Shown here: positions 12,230 through 26,596 of the stretch, in pieces
How positions within the stretch are numbered: the stretch's first letter is position 1
How the letters are laid out: every line of letters starts with the position of its first letter
Source: Lama glama
Lineage: Eukaryota
Assembly: GCA_028534125.1 (NCBI GenBank)
Contig: CM052817.1
Location: forward strand, 50,470,001 to 50,534,000
Direction of reading: 5' to 3'
DNA: 64,000 bases
Translations under genes and position numbers: made by a program
The notes under the pieces: model-generated
The model's database searches: none
Seen by the model: only the letters and a program-made list of their open reading frames with translations
What the model was told of the DNA's origin: nothing

Positions 12230-13550
12230 ATATTTCATTATGACCATCTAGGACTAGTCATTCTGCTCTGGCTCAAAAAGTAAACAAAATAGACATGATC
12301 TCTGGCCCTTTTGTGTTACGTTCTAGTGGGGGAAACAGACAACAAGATAAGGAAACAAAAACAATGAACTGCAAATTGTAATCAAGTGCAATTGAGAAAA
12401 AACCTGATGCTGAGAAAGATGATACTGGAGAGAAGTTTTTTATTCTTCTGTTCTTAAAACCTGACCCTCACTTTAAACAAGGATAAAGAAGATATAACTT
12501 TGACAGTGACACTTCAAGAAAGATTGTGTCATGAAACGGAACTAATTAGGCAAAGAGGAGAAGTGTTTTCAGCAGAAGGAGCATCATGTTGAAAGACTTT
12601 GAGCCTGGAGAGAGCTTGGTATGTTTAAGTAATGGAAAGAAGAAGCATGTAGCAGTAGTGGGAAGAGAAATGTAGCAGTCTAGGAGGTTGAAGACTGAAG
12701 ATGGGTTAATGGTTAGAACAGATATGTCCTACAGGCTATGGAAGAAGCTTTGACTTTTATTCTAAGTGCGGTACAAAGGCTTTGAAGGGAAGTAAGATTA
12801 TCCAATTTGAGTTTTAAGAACATCCTTTCTACTCTTTGGAAAATTAATTTGAGGGGAATAAGAATGAAAGTATGGATTTAATTTAGAGTCATTTGCCGAA
12901 GCTTGGCCAGAGAGATATTGGTAGTCTGAACTAAGGAGGTGTCATTGGAGATAAAGAGAAGAGGATGAAATTGAGATATGTTTCAGAATCAGAGTCAAAA
13001 ATAGGAATTGTTGAGGTGTTGGGTCTGATAGAAAGGGAGTGAAGTCAAAGAAGAGAAACTAAGGGTGAGTTAAGCTTCAGACTCATCAAATTGAAGTTTG
13101 ACATGAATTACTAAATTGGGAGAATGTTGAGGAGCAGGTTTTAAGAAGGGAAGAAGAAAGCATTCTATTTGGAGCATGGTATGTTTGAGATATATGAGAC
13201 ATCTGAATAGAAAGTCAAGGATTAGGCTTGATCCTTGGGAGACAAATAAGCAAATCTGGATCTCAGTAAATGGGTTTGTTTTAAAGTCACATGATGAAAT
13301 GCAGTCAGCTAAGGAAGACTGTTAACAAGAGGAGAGAAGAAAGTCCAAGATAAGGAACAGGACATAGCAAATGTGGCTGAACTATGATAGGCAGTGCAGA
13401 GGAAGGAACTCTTGGAGAGAGTGGTGCCAAGATAAGAGATTATTTCAAGAAGGAACTAGTTGTCATGTCTGATGAAGTCTTCAGACTGAGCAAGTGAGAT
13501 GAAGAGAATTCAGCAACATGAAAGTGACTTTGCCAAGAGCCGTTTTGGCG
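12230..13550 (-). mobile_element. L2 LINE fragment
   Basis: Purine-rich L2 antisense pattern: 'aaacaaaatagacatgatctctggccc...ttctagtgggggaaacagacaa', 'tttgacttttattctaagtg', 'tttggagcatggtatgtttgagat'. Confidence 0.8.
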
Positions 13551-13779
13551 TCTTTGTCATTCTACCAAATCAGCTCTAGTTGACTCCTTACTAAAAATAA
13601 TAGTAAATAGTAACTTCAGGTTTACACATGGGAATACTATAGGGAGCCAGTTTTTGTGAAAGAAAAATAGACTTGAATTTATTTAAATGTAGCCAATTTG
13701 ATTGCTGCAAGTTGGATGGAAATGACTTACGAGATTTTTATAGACCTTTTCCGAACTTGTTTGCTAAAATATTTGAGAT

Positions 13780-14345
13780 TATTACTAACACCATGCTCCC
13801 CACAACTTACCACCACATTACAAACAGTAAAGGCCTATTTACTGAAGTTCATTTTACTCACTACATCATGTCCAGTTTCCGTAATGAGGCATAAAAGGCA
13901 AAAAACATACTTTGAAGAGATGAAGCAAGCATCAGGACCAGATATGGAAGGAATGTTAGAATGATTAGACTAGGAATTTAAAACAACTATGATTTATATG
14001 CTAAGGGCTCTAATGGAAAAAGTAGGCAACATGCAAGAACAGATGGGTAATGTAAATAGAGAGATGGAAATTCTGAGAAAGAATCAAAAAGAAATGCTAG
14101 AGATAAAAAAAAATCTTTGATAGAAATGAAGGATTTCTAATTAATAGATTGGACATAGCTGAGGAAAGAATCTCTGAGTTTGAGGATATGTCAATAGAAA
14201 CTACCAAAACTGAAAATCAAAGAGTAAAAGGACTGGAAAAAAAAAAAAAAAGAACAGACTAACTAGGACCTATGGGGCAACTATAAAAGGTGTAACATTT
14301 GTATATTGGAATATCAGGAGAAGAAAAGATCAGAAGAAATATTTG
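13780..14345 (+). mobile_element. Old L1 (L1MC/L1MD-type) ORF1 region fragment
   Basis: 'gaatttaaaacaactatgatttatatgctaagggctctaatggaaaaagtaggcaacatgcaagaacagatgggtaatgtaaatagagagatggaaattctgagaaagaatcaaaaagaaatgctag' gives a coiled-coil ORF1-like MLRALMEKVGNMQEQMGNVNREMEILRKNQKEML. Confidence 0.85.
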
Positions 14346-16994
14346 TGAAAGGATTTGGGATCAGGGGATGACAAATTGAGAACAACCAGAAGATTGGGTT
14401 ATTTTACTCCCATTTCTTGGTAGGTGGAAAAAAAATCAGCAAAAATCTACTATGCTTTTTGTCTTCTTGTGGTTTGGGGGAAAGAATAAAAGGAAATCAG
14501 TAAAAAAAAATACAGAAAATCAGTTATAAGGCAGAGAATTTATTTGATGCACTTAGTGATAGTAGGGAAATGGAGAGAAAGAGAAAGGGGAATAGAACTA
14601 ATATAATAGTGAAAGACTATGCAACGTCCTATCTCGTCTTTTGCTGTATCCCCTCAAATCATTGCTAAAATATGAAACTTCAGAAATTTTTGGTGTTAGG
14701 GTATCATTTCTCTATAACTATGACAGCACTGAGCTGTGTCGCCTGGGTTAGCCCTAGGTAAACACAATATGTAGATGCAGATATTGAAAGAAATGGAACC
14801 ATAAGAAATTTAGGTACAGGGAACAAACCAGAATCATGATTTGGGTTCTGGATTCTTACCTGTTAACAAATTGCAGGTTAGAATTTCATTTATCTAACAT
14901 GATCCCAGGTTATTTAATGTTGTGGCGTTTCAGAATACCATGTCCCTTTAATCTGAGTCAGCATTTACAAATCCCGTTAGTTTGTTTATTTTAAAATAAA
15001 GAGAGAAGAATTCATTGGGATTTAGGAAATGAAATAGGGTCTCAAGGCCATATTCTCAATGGGAAACAATGTAACCCAAAATAAAAAAAAAAATCAAGTC
15101 TTGTTGAAGCACATTATTATAGCTATTTTGTGTGTTTATATTAGCAGATTCTCAAACCATTGGTTAAACTTTGACTAGAAAAATGTTTAGTTTTCTTCTT
15201 TTTCCCCCTAGTGACTTTGTTCTCTCATTTTAGTCTTGGTGGGTTGGGGTGAGATGAGAGAAATGTTTTTCCATGGAGGTTTGACATTCCAGCCTTGCCA
15301 GTTTTACATTATGCTTCCCAAATGTGTGTATTAATTCTGTGGCTTAGAGTAAAACAATAATTCTTTTCTTGGTAATGAGTCTAAACAACCCGTTCATGGG
15401 ATCACCTATCTGTATTCATTATATAATTGTATCATTTCATTAGTTTCTTATGGACAATGCTAGAGCTCTGTACTTACTCATCTAACTATTCTTTCAGCAA
15501 ATACTTAAGTCCCTATTGTGTCTGAGGCACAATTCTCGGTGACATACCGCCATGGCCACGCAAGTCATATTCATGTACATATCAAAATATAAAATTAAAA
15601 TGAAGTGCTGAAGACATGGCAGTAAAGGAGGACCAAAAAGGAATAGATTAATGAATTTCTCATCCATTTTCCCATGAAGTTGACTCCTAAAGGTATTATC
15701 CAAATTGTGTTTGTGATTAATTCAATTTTTTATTTACAGTGAGGTTATTGATGACTTGCATTTATCTAACTAAATTATGGTTTTTAATATTAATGGCTTT
15801 ATTTATTTTTTCTGATCTACATAAAATAATACTTTCATTACAGGAGGATACAAGAATTAAGAAAAAACATAAATCGAATGCAGCAGTTCACATATTCTCC
15901 CTTTGTAGATTTAACATTTAGCTAAATGGAATTTTAATAATACATCAGTTAGTAACATACTGAATATTTGAGTTAAATTATTGTGGGATAGTTTTATTAT
16001 TAGCATTTTTCTTCTGTTTCTGTGATAGTCATGGCGTTGCTGACTTCTGATTCTTCAAGCATATTTGTTTATGCTGCTAGATGCCTGCTCTTCTGCTGAG
16101 AATATAGGCTTAACTCTCCTCACAGAAAATTGCTTGTTGACTGTTAAAATTTCAGTGAGTAGTTCGAGATGGAATATGACCTATATTCTTTATCTCCTTT
16201 AGGGCTTTTACTGCTAGGGTTTGGCATGGTAATCCATGATAGTAATGCTCCGTTCTTGTCTAGCTGGCAAATTAATACATCAGCTAATTACACCAGGGCT
16301 TTGGGCTGCAGTTCGTGTTGGCAAATTTATACAGACCTTTATTAACTCAAATGAAAAGATTCAGACTGAGACGATTGAGGGTACCAAGGTCAGCTCCTGT
16401 TCGATGATTGGAAACATGAGAAGTTATGATTCCAGTTCTGTCAGTTTATTTCTCCAGAGTACCTTACACACACCAATTTTCCTTTACTAACCATTCCTCT
16501 GACTAGAGTTCAAAGAGATTTTTTTCTTTCTTTTTTTTTTTTTCGGCATTCCTTAATTTTTTTTAACGCAGTGCTATATTTGTTTACTGTTCTATTATTT
16601 CCTCTCTTGTAGAATGTTCAATAAATATAAAATGGGAAGTGAATTTCTCTCCCTAAAGTAATTCATATACTTCCATTTCTTATCTACATTGTTAACACTC
16701 CTCCATGCTCAATAATTTAGAATTATTAATATTATTCTTCAGTTGAAAATGATTTATTTTTCTATATGCCCCTCTTTTTCTTTATTTCTAGACAGGATGT
16801 TTTAAATTAATGGCTTATATTTTACATGAATAATTACTGAGAGTGCTGAAGTGTCAAGTTTTAAAAAACAATCATTTTTTAAAAAACAATCAGCTTTGAA
16901 ATTTCTGAATTTCTGTTTGAGAAATCATGGCATTATGTACTTGCCTGTTAATTATTTTCTCTCCTTACTTCAAATAAATTTCTTACATTTGTAT

Positions 16995-17770
16995 TCTAGA
17001 GTGTTAGACTGTGAGCTCTCTGTGAAAGCAGGAACTATATTTTACTCTTATTATCTTCCCCAACATCTTTCTCAGTGTCCTGCATGTGGTACAATACAGG
17101 AAAACCCATAAAGCACACCTAAGCTGGCCTTTGGATTTGAAGTGAATCAGAAAAGATGTCCTCAAGTAGGTCACATTAGAATTGAGTCTTAATTGATGAG
17201 TTAGCTCAAAAAAAGAGGGTGCGGCCCCCACTCTCTTTTATTTTAGGTACTTAGGACAAAGTCTTTGAAAGCATTGAGGTAAAGGACAGCATGGAGTATT
17301 CTGTGAATTGCATAGCATTCAGTATGATTATGGTGTCAAGTGGATGGATGAGGCTTGAAATATTTGTTGATGAAAGAGTGCACAGTTTGCATGCCATGCT
17401 CATGGAACTTGAATTTTATCCTAAAAGCAGGCAGTGTACAATTATTGTTTGGTTTTAAGCAGATTACTGATAAACTTTTTTTTTGCCTTCCTGCCTGCCT
17501 GTCTTCCTTCCTCCCTTTCTCTTTCTCCCTCCCTTCCTTACTTCCTTCCATTCTTTCTTTCCTGTGATCAGTGTCATGCTAGGATGTATATATTGGTGCT
17601 TGTGTAAGATTAAAGGAGGTATGATACTGATAAATGAACTTCTATAGGGAAACCAATTGCTGCAGTTTGTCAATAATGATTAGAACCTAAACTAAGGTAT
17701 AGGTCTTAGTAACATAGAAATGAGCAGATACGGGAGATACTGAAAAGTTAGAATTGAAAGGTCTGTGCTT
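16995..17770. mobile_element. L2 fragments with an inserted (CCTT)n-type low-complexity tract
   Basis: 'ttagactgtgagctctctgtgaaagcaggaactat' (L2 3' end) followed by antisense L2-like sequence; CT-rich tract ~17485-17562. Confidence 0.6.
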
Positions 17771-18511
17771 GGTTGAGGCTGTGTCCTGGGAACTAGCTCA
17801 TCAGACTTGTGGCCTAACCTGCATGCAGGACTCTCACCTGCTCCTGCAAACAAAATCCGCCCTCAGGCAGAGGCACAGATTCTGGCAGTAAGAAGATACA
17901 CCAAGGGTATACAGGTGTTGGAGGCACCAACAGGTTTTCCTTAATAGGAGGTAGATCTTACCTGGAGAGGTGGTTCTGAAAGCCATCAGCATTTAATAGA
18001 TAATTATAGCTAAACGGTATAAGGAGATCATTCAGAGAAGATGGTCTAGCTTGGGAACCTGTAGAACACCAAAATTTAAAGGACAACATAGAGAAGGAGA
18101 AATCTGTGAAAAATAATGTCTATTATCTTTATGTGATTTATATATATGAGATATGTCTTGAGTATTTTAAAGTAAAACAAGACAAGCAAGTAAAAAGTTA
18201 ATGGAGTCACCATTTACCCATTGTTTATATTTCTTTGATTAATCCACCCAGAAATATATTTGCTTCATAGTAGCTATGGCCCCATCTAACTCATCAGTGA
18301 CTCTTTAGTACCCTGGATGGTACTTGGCATAGAACAGGTGCCAAGTATTTTTTCTTTTAAATGGGTTTTTTTAATTACTGAATTTACATACATATACATT
18401 TTAAATAAAGTTAGAAAATATTGTTTAGAAAGTATAGATATTATCAAAACATATTTTGTATAAACTGTCTTAACTTCATACTTTTGTCTTTAAATAATTG
18501 TACTTTTTTCC

Positions 18512-18838
18512 TTTAAGTTAATAAGGTTTATTTTTTAGAGCAGTTTTAGTGAAACATACAGAGAGTTCCCATATATCCCCTGTCCCCACACATATACAGA
18601 CTCTCCTAAGGGACATCCTGTACCATTGTGGTACATTTGCTACAGTCGATGTACGTGAATTGGCATTATTATTGCTCAGATTTCACAGTTTACATTAGAG
18701 TTCACTCTGTGGGGTTGCACATTCTCTGAGTTTGGGCAGATATATGATGGCATGTGTCTACCATTGCAGGGTTACATGGAATAGTTACATTGCCTAAAAA
18801 TCCTCTGTGTTCTGCCTATTCATCCCTCCCTGCCCCCT
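18512..18838 (-). mobile_element. L1MC-type 3' UTR fragment
   Basis: 'ttttttagagcagttttag...acagagagttcccatata...cagtttacattagagttcactct...aaaaatcctctgtgttctgcctattcatccctccc'. Confidence 0.85.
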
Positions 18839-20189
18839 TAAATTACTTTTCAGAAGACAGAAAGTGATGAAAAGAGGCTCACAGGAATTCATTCACTTAT
18901 TCCTGTTCTATAGATTTGTTTTAGGGTCTTGAGGTTTGTTCCCAGCTAAGACTACAAAAATGAAGATTTAAGAGAAAACATATGTTTAGCCTGTAATGAA
19001 GTGTTGGTTTCCTTGGTGCATTTTAATGTATTTGATAATACTTGATTCAAGTTATTTCTCTAAGCCAACACATGAAGTCAGAAAACTGTGGAGAATGTTT
19101 CCAAATATTTCTGGCACAATCGATTATGGCTTTTCTGCCAAAATGTTTCCTTTCTTAGATGTACATCCTCTGCATCAGTTCACTTGAATTTTATTTCTGC
19201 ATTCTACTCCAAACCGTGACCTGTATTCATGTATACAGGCTTTCTGTGGTTTGTTTAGTAACAGTTGGTGAGCAGGGAAACCTCTAACAGTTATTTCTAT
19301 TATTATTATTATTAAAAATGATTCAGAAAGGAAAAATATATATTGAAGCCAGATGTTACTCAAATGAATTATTTTTTCAAAAGAGCTTTCCAGCATTGTA
19401 GTTACATTAGCACACTTGGAGATCTACTTCATCTAGGGGTGAATTAGCTGTGGAATACCAGGAAATACATCATAGGCAGAAAATTTGTAACAGAATTGCC
19501 TTTTTTGAAAGGGATTATGTCCTTATTTTTACTGAGAGTCAAGTCATAAGTGACATTGATAGACTGGAGCAAAACTGGTTATTGAATGTTTGTGGCATTT
19601 TTAGACGCCATGGACATTCTGTGGGCCCATTTTCTCTGTTACTATTCCAAGTGAGTGTTCTTTCAGAAGTGCAGTCTTCTATTTTTTTCTTTATATACTT
19701 CTTCTAAAGAGAAGTTAATCTATACCCACTATGTTTGTCTGAAAATATTTTTTTAAAAAGATGCACTTAAAAAGGCTTTGAATTTCTTCTTTCACCAACA
19801 GATTTGTTGTATATTCTCACTTTTTAAATTTTTGTCCTTTCACTGAAAATAAAGATGATCATGTCATGTAAATATTATTGCTCCTGGCTTCTGATTTTTG
19901 TTGACTGCATAAGGTTGATATCTTAATTTCAGTATTTTACACAATGTATCACTGAATTAAGTTGACACTTGATTATAAAAATTTAACAGCCCAGAAAAAT
20001 TCTTCTGATAATTTATTTGCATCAGAAAATGCTTCTGCTTTCCTATGTTTTAGAGATGTGAAACTCATCTAATCAATTTTTCCCTCTCAAAATAAACAAT
20101 CTTTACAATAAGAAAAACATGACCATTTTTGGAAGAGTGAAACAATGTAAAAATTTTTTATTTCAACCTGTATGAGACAGAATTCCCTT

Positions 20190-20300
20190 GTTGTTAAATT
20201 GGGATAATAATAGCTACCTTGCAAAATTACTGTAAAATCCAAAACACGTGTGAAGTACCTAGTACAGTACCTAGTTCACATAAGGTTTTCATTAATACCA
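20190..20300 (+). mobile_element. MIR fragment
   Basis: 'aaattgggataataatagctaccttgc...tgtgaagtacctagtacagtacctag'. Confidence 0.65.
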
Positions 20301-20364
20301 GATGATCTTTTGTGTCTCCTCCTCCTCTTTTTTCTTCTCCTTCTTCTTCCATGTTTGATCTACA

Positions 20365-20540
20365 TCAGTGGTTCTCCAACTTTAACGTAAATCAAAATCA
20401 CTTAAAGGGCTTGTTAGAACAAAGGTTGCAGCATTCTGTTCCCTGAGTTACTGATTCAGTAGCTGAAGTGGACCTAACACTGTCTATTTCTAAAGAATTG
20501 CCAGGTCAAGTCAAGAGACAATACTTTGAAAAATACTAAC
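20365..20540. mobile_element. MER5A hAT-Charlie element
   Basis: CAGTGGTTCTC start, 'aatcacttaaagggcttgttagaac', 'ctgattcagtag', 'actttgaaaaatact' end. Confidence 0.8.
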
Positions 20541-21639
20541 TAGAAAAATCATGCAAATGTAATGAAGTAGAGCTTTGTGGCCGTCACTACATTTCCCTGT
20601 GGTCATCTCTGACTAATAAATAACATCACTTTCATTTTGAAAAATTAGTACCCAAATACTTTAAAATATTTTCTACTTGAAAATTAGTCTCCCAGTGTCT
20701 TGATTTACTTAGACAATAGTGTGAATGTTGCTCTTCTGAAATGATCCACTATTTTTATGAATTTTAGAATTCAGGGCAAGTAAATTAAAAAAGGAGGTCT
20801 TTTCTCAGTTGGGTGTGTTTGAGACAAATGACATTGATAGAGTTTGTTAGCTTTGTCTTTTAAAGTGACTGAGCAACAGAATACTGCCTGAAACTTGAAA
20901 AATCTGTTCTCTATATTTCACTCCGATATAAAGAGAGTTGCTCACCATAGTAGGTATTATTATTGTACTTGTATATAATTTAGAGACTATTTATTTAACT
21001 TGAATAATACTTTGATTTTCACTTTAGCTGCCAGATTTATTTATCCTGTTCAGTGACCTATCATGTGATTGGTAATTAGAACCTGAATATCACAGTTACT
21101 GTCAAGACTGGCAGAAAGGAAGACCACCTTTTTCAAAGATCACATGTAACCAGAAATATCTAATGAGTCATAAGTCAACAAAAACTTCACTCTTGATATT
21201 CAGCCAACAACACTGTGAAGTGTTCAAAATCTAAATGTAGCGCATGACACACACACTGCAGCTGCAAGTAAGAATAATTCCTGACAAAAGAATAGATGTT
21301 GAAAATGTTATGTTGACTTCTTTCTTTGGTATCTCCTGAGTCAACGTTGATGTATAGTTAATGCAATCTCAAAGCTACAGATTAAAACACTATTAATGGC
21401 CACAAAATAACATACAAAAAGCTCACAGTGTGTCTGGACTCTTGGGGACAGATCAGGATCATCAGGGACAGATCCTTAGAATTCCTCTTTATCTCTGCTC
21501 ACAAACTGAGCTGATCTCATACAGTTTTATTGTTTTAAATACCATCTACAGGCTAAATTCGTGTGGGTAGTTTGGACTAGATCTAAGTCCTTAATGGTGG
21601 CTACTTTATTTAAACCACTCAGTTTACAAATAATGACCC

Positions 21640-22020
21640 CACCTTGTCCCATGTGTTTTGTTATACTGTCTATCCATAAATATTGTCAACTCTGCTTTGA
21701 ACGTGCAATCAGAATCTGATTGTCTCACTCATCCATTGTTACTACCCAAGTCCAAGTCCCATCATCTCTCATCTAGAGTATTATAATAACCTCTCCACTT
21801 ATCTGTCCATATATATAGTTTTACTCTGTATATATCCTCCCATGAGTATAGAATCAATGTTTTAAAACATAAGGCAGATCATATACTTTTCTTTTCAAAA
21901 CCCCAAAATGAATTCTCATCTTTCTTAGAGTAAAAGTTTGCATTTTTATACTGGCTTACACATAATGTGCGCCGCTATAAAATATGTGAATTCATGTCCC
22001 ACTGATGCTTTTCTGAGCTA
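21640..22020 (+). mobile_element. L2 fragment
   Basis: 'gtccaagtcccatcatctctcatctagagtattataataacctct...aggcagatcatatactttt...cttagagtaaaagt'. Confidence 0.7.
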
Positions 22021-22039
22021 CTATGGTATTCTTGAAATT

Positions 22040-24105
22040 CTGATACCAAAACCATAAAAAAGATACTACAAGGAAGGTAACTATGGACCAGTATACCTCA
22101 GGACACAGATGTAAATATTCTAAACAAAGTGTTAGAAATTCAAATCCAATAATATATGAAAGAATATTAACTGATGACCAAGTGGAATTTAACTCTGGAA
22201 TACAAGATAAGTTTAGTATTTAAAATAGCCAATCAGTGTAACTTAGGTCAATAAAACAGAAGAATCATATTGTTACCCCAATTGATACAGAACAATATTT
22301 AATAAATTTTAATATCCCTTCCTGACAAAAGCACGTAGTAAACTAGGAATAGAAGGAAATCTCTACCTGATAAAAGGCAGCAATGAAAAACCTACAGCTA
22401 AAATTACACTTAATGGTAAAAGACAGTGCTTTTCCCCAAGATTAAGAAAGACATCCTTTCACCACTTCTGTTCAACATTGTACTGGAAGCTCAAGTCAGT
22501 TCAGTCATTCAAATAAAAGACTAAAATTCACCTGGAAAGAAATAAAAACTATCTTTATCTGCAGATGAAATGACTGTGTATATAAAAAAGCTAATGGAAT
22601 TTACAACTTTATAATTATTTATTATTGATTTTAGCAAGGTTATAAGATATGAGATCAATATACAAAAATCAACTGTATTTCTGTATGCCAGCAATGAACA
22701 ATTAGAAATTGGAATTATAAAGTAATACCATTTACCACAGCATCAAAAAAAAAACTTAGGGATAAATCTGACAAAAGGTATAAAATACATGTACATTGAA
22801 AACTGTAAGGCATTGCTGAGAAAAGTCAATGAAGACCTAAATGAAAGGAGAGAAATACCCTGTTCATGGGTTAAATTAATCTTTAATTATCTATTAATCT
22901 GTTATTAACCAAAAACACAATCCCTCCCCCAAATCCTAGAAGTCACTTCTCTGGGGGTTAAAAATTGATAAGTTGATTCTAAAATATATGAGAATGCAGA
23001 GGAAGGAGAGTGACGAAACAACTTTGAAAACAGATCTCAAAGCTGGAGGAAGAGCACTCCCTGATTTCAAGACTCATTATAAAGCTACATTAATCAAGAC
23101 AGTGTGAGACTGGCAAAAAGACAGGCAAACAGGTCAATAGAATAGAGAAGAGATTCCAGATACACAAACATGTATGAACAACTGATTACTGACAAAAATT
23201 TTTAAAACATTCAGCGGATAAGTGTTAGTGTTTTCAACAAATGATGGTGAAACACATATATATGCAAAAGAAAAACACACTTCTTACCTCACACAATATA
23301 CAAAAATTGACTGAAATTGGATTATACATTTTAATGTAGAATGTAAAACTAAAAAGTTCTAGGAGAAATCCTAGGAGAAAGATCTTTGTGATCTCCTTTT
23401 AGTAAAAAAGTTCTTAGATAGCACATTATTTGAAAAGGATGTGAAGGAATAGTAATTCTCATACTCTGCTGATGGAGATTAAAATAGTACAGACACTCTG
23501 AAAAATAGTTGGGCACTTTCTGAAAGTTAGACATGCACCTGTCATACGATACAGTTATTCAATCCTTGATATTTATTCAAGATAAATGAAGACACATGTC
23601 CATCGAAATACACGTACTCAAGCATTCAGAAACTTAACTTGTAATAGCTAAAAATCTGGAAGCACCCCAAACATCTATCAGCAAATGAATGCTTAAATAA
23701 GTTGTGATATTTCCATACAATGTAATACTACTCACCAATAAAAAGCATAAATTGATACATGCAAATATATAAGTCTTAAATTAATTATGCAGAATTTTAA
23801 AAGCCACACAAATGAGTATATGCTATTATTTTATTTATATAAAATTCTATAAAATGCAAACTGGTCTGTAGTGGCATACAGTAGATCAATGCAACCGTTG
23901 GCTGGAAATGGGGATGTGATCAGGAAAAGCAGGAGGGGGGATTACAAAAGGGTAGAGGAAAATTTGAGGGTGATGGATAAATTAATTTCCTTGATAATGG
24001 TGATGAATTCACAGGTTTATACATATTCAAATCTGATTAAGCTGTAAACTTTAAATATATAGCTTACTGTGTATTATATCTATCATATGCTGTTAAGAAA
24101 GAAAT
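22040..24105 (+). mobile_element. Old L1 (L1MB/L1ME-type) ORF2 RT to 3' UTR, decayed
   Basis: RT-like 'ctgataccaaaacc', 'gaccaagtggaattta', 'ttcaacattgtactggaag', 'gcagatgaaatg', 'gatttcaagactcattataaagctac'; 3' UTR 'gagggtgatgga...cttgataatggtgatg'. Confidence 0.9.
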
Positions 24106-25399
24106 AATTAATGCTTGGATTTAAAGTATTTTCTTTTGCTCTGATGGTCAGATATAAAAGATGAAAAATTATTTAGGGTTATATACAGTGTAACAAGTGA
24201 CATTCTCAACTTGAAAGTTTTTTAACATTTTGGCTTTAAGAAGCACATTTTTCTCATAATAAAAGTCTGTTATAAGCAAAAGGATCTTATAAAATTTTCC
24301 TTTAAATGTGTTTTTTTCCTTACAATGAAATTGAATTTTAACAAAAATAGTGTGTTTGTAACAGTAAATAAAGCATGCTGATAATATATCCACAAAATAT
24401 AGGCAGGTCCAAACCACCAGTCTGAGAGGCAGGATGCCAGCTGCTGGCTGATTGGTCACTAGTCACGCCAATAATGTGTAACCCAAGGAGGGCCATTTAA
24501 CTCTCTACATTGCAATGTCCCTTGAGGTTTTATAAGGACAGCAATGCTGTGTATTACTGGGAGGACAAATGTGATAATAGATGAGCCTTTGGCCACTCCT
24601 TTAAGTAAGGTGAATTTACAAAGGAGCTTATTGGATGCTGGCTATTTCCTTTTGTGACTCTATTTGTAGTTTTTGTGGCTGCAAGTAGGGCTAATGTAAG
24701 TATCCCTGAAGAGACTTACTCCAGGTGGGGATAGCTGCTGTCTTTGAGATAAAGAGCACACACTTATCTTTTAATATACTTAAAAAACCAATCCTTTAAC
24801 ATGGACACTTTGCTCTTAAATAGTCACAATACTTACTAAGTGTTGGGTGTGATCTTTTATTTGCAACAATCATAAGGCCACTGTGTTTTAGCATCTCTTT
24901 TTTTAACCTTCAGTTTCCATCCCTCAGGCCTCCCTTAACTTCCACTATCCTCCATCTTCTGCTACCCTGTCATCTCGGTAGCTACATGCCCATCGCTGCC
25001 TCTGGATGTTTCCTTGTCCTGAAGAATTTTTGCCCCTTCTTTCTCTCCTTGTCCTAAAGAAGTGTATCTTTGTTAGTTTCCAAAATCAGGCCTTCTACCT
25101 GTGCTGTGAATCCCTTTTCCAGCCTTGTTTCCAGGAGGTCATGTTCCATTGATAATACTTTTTTTTCTTTTTCTTCTTCAAATAAGGTTTCAGAAGATAC
25201 AAATTTATTGATAACAGGCATATTTCCCTTGCTTTATATAGTCCAAGGTACATAGTGTACTTTGTAAAATCTTTTCTACTACATGAACACAATTCTCCTT
25301 AAGTTCCATCTGGCATGTATTCTGTGGGGTCATAAAAGAGGTTTTATTATCACCTGAGAAGTAGCACAGATTCAGTGTGTTCACACAGATTATCCACAG

Positions 25400-25860
25400 A
25401 GTTAAAAATCTCACAAAAATCACTGTTTTTGTTCTAAGTGGGAATAACAGCAAAATCCAGTATGGACTAACCAGGGACACAAATAATGGGGATAATTTCA
25501 GAGAATTATAAATACTATAGGAAGATGTAAGATAGCAGTGGGACAAGAGAGTAGTGGGATGAAATGGGGAAAGAAGCCTTTTTAAAGACAGTGATCAATG
25601 ATGCCTTTTCTAAAGGGCTGAGACCTGAGTGAAATTCATAGTCAGCCATGTGAAGGTCTAAGGAAAGAGTGTTCTAGTCAGAAAGCAGAGGAGATACAGG
25701 GCAGGACCATATTTGATGAGCAGAAAGAAGACCAGCGTGTCTGAGCCTGGTCAACGGGGAAGCTGTTAGCCTGTGAGTGGAGTTAGAGCTATGGACACTT
25801 GGATTTTACTTTAAGGGAAGAAAGGGTTACAGAAGGGCATGTAACCCATTCTGATAAACT
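25400..25860 (-). mobile_element. L2 fragment
   Basis: 'ctgagacctgagtgaaa...gtcagccatgtgaaggtctaaggaaagagtgttctag...tttggattttact'. Confidence 0.65.
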
Positions 25861-26571
25861 GAACAGAGGAAGGTCAGAGGACTAAAGTTTTTTAATTGTA
25901 AGAAACAGGGAACAGAGCTGAGCCAGTTGTATCAGAGGCCAACACAGATTTCAGGTGCAGAAAGTTAAGTAATGTAAATGGAAATAATACCACCCAGTGT
26001 TTCTCTAACATTTAATGAACAATCCTGTCAGAACTGGCTGTAAATAAGCCCCACAATATGACAGTGGCATTATGGGTTGTTGAAAGTCTTCTTAATACAC
26101 ATAAATTTTTAGTCTGAGTTTCTTCTGTATGTTTTTTTTTCAAGTTTTCCACCTGTAATTCCCATTTGTACTCATCATTCACTTTAGAAATTGGTCAGAA
26201 AGAGGCCATTTCTAAAATATTTAGACAAAAGTATACTCTAGTAGTTGACATCCTCAAGCCCAAAAGCATGAGATCAATTCTGTGTAATGTGGCTGCTGAT
26301 TTTGAAAATGCCTTCGTATGAGTACAGTTACTTCATAAAGTGTTAAGTGTACATTGGGATAGTCATTCTGTTAGATGGTAATGGAGGGGCTAATGTTGTA
26401 CAGTGAGGCTGTTCAGGCCAATCAAGTCAAATTCTTCCATTTTGACCTGCATTTGAATCCCTGTTTTCAATTCTGGTCTACTGAGGACAGAATTAAAACC
26501 CAGTCAGCTTAGTATTAGGTGTTTTATGTTTATAGTTTTCAGTGGTGAGAAAGTGTGATTTGCTTTATGAA

Positions 26572-26596
26572 TGTGTGTGTGTGTGTGTCTGTGTGT
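26572..26596. repeat. (TG)n microsatellite
   Basis: tgtgtgtg... run with one tc interruption. Confidence 0.85.
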
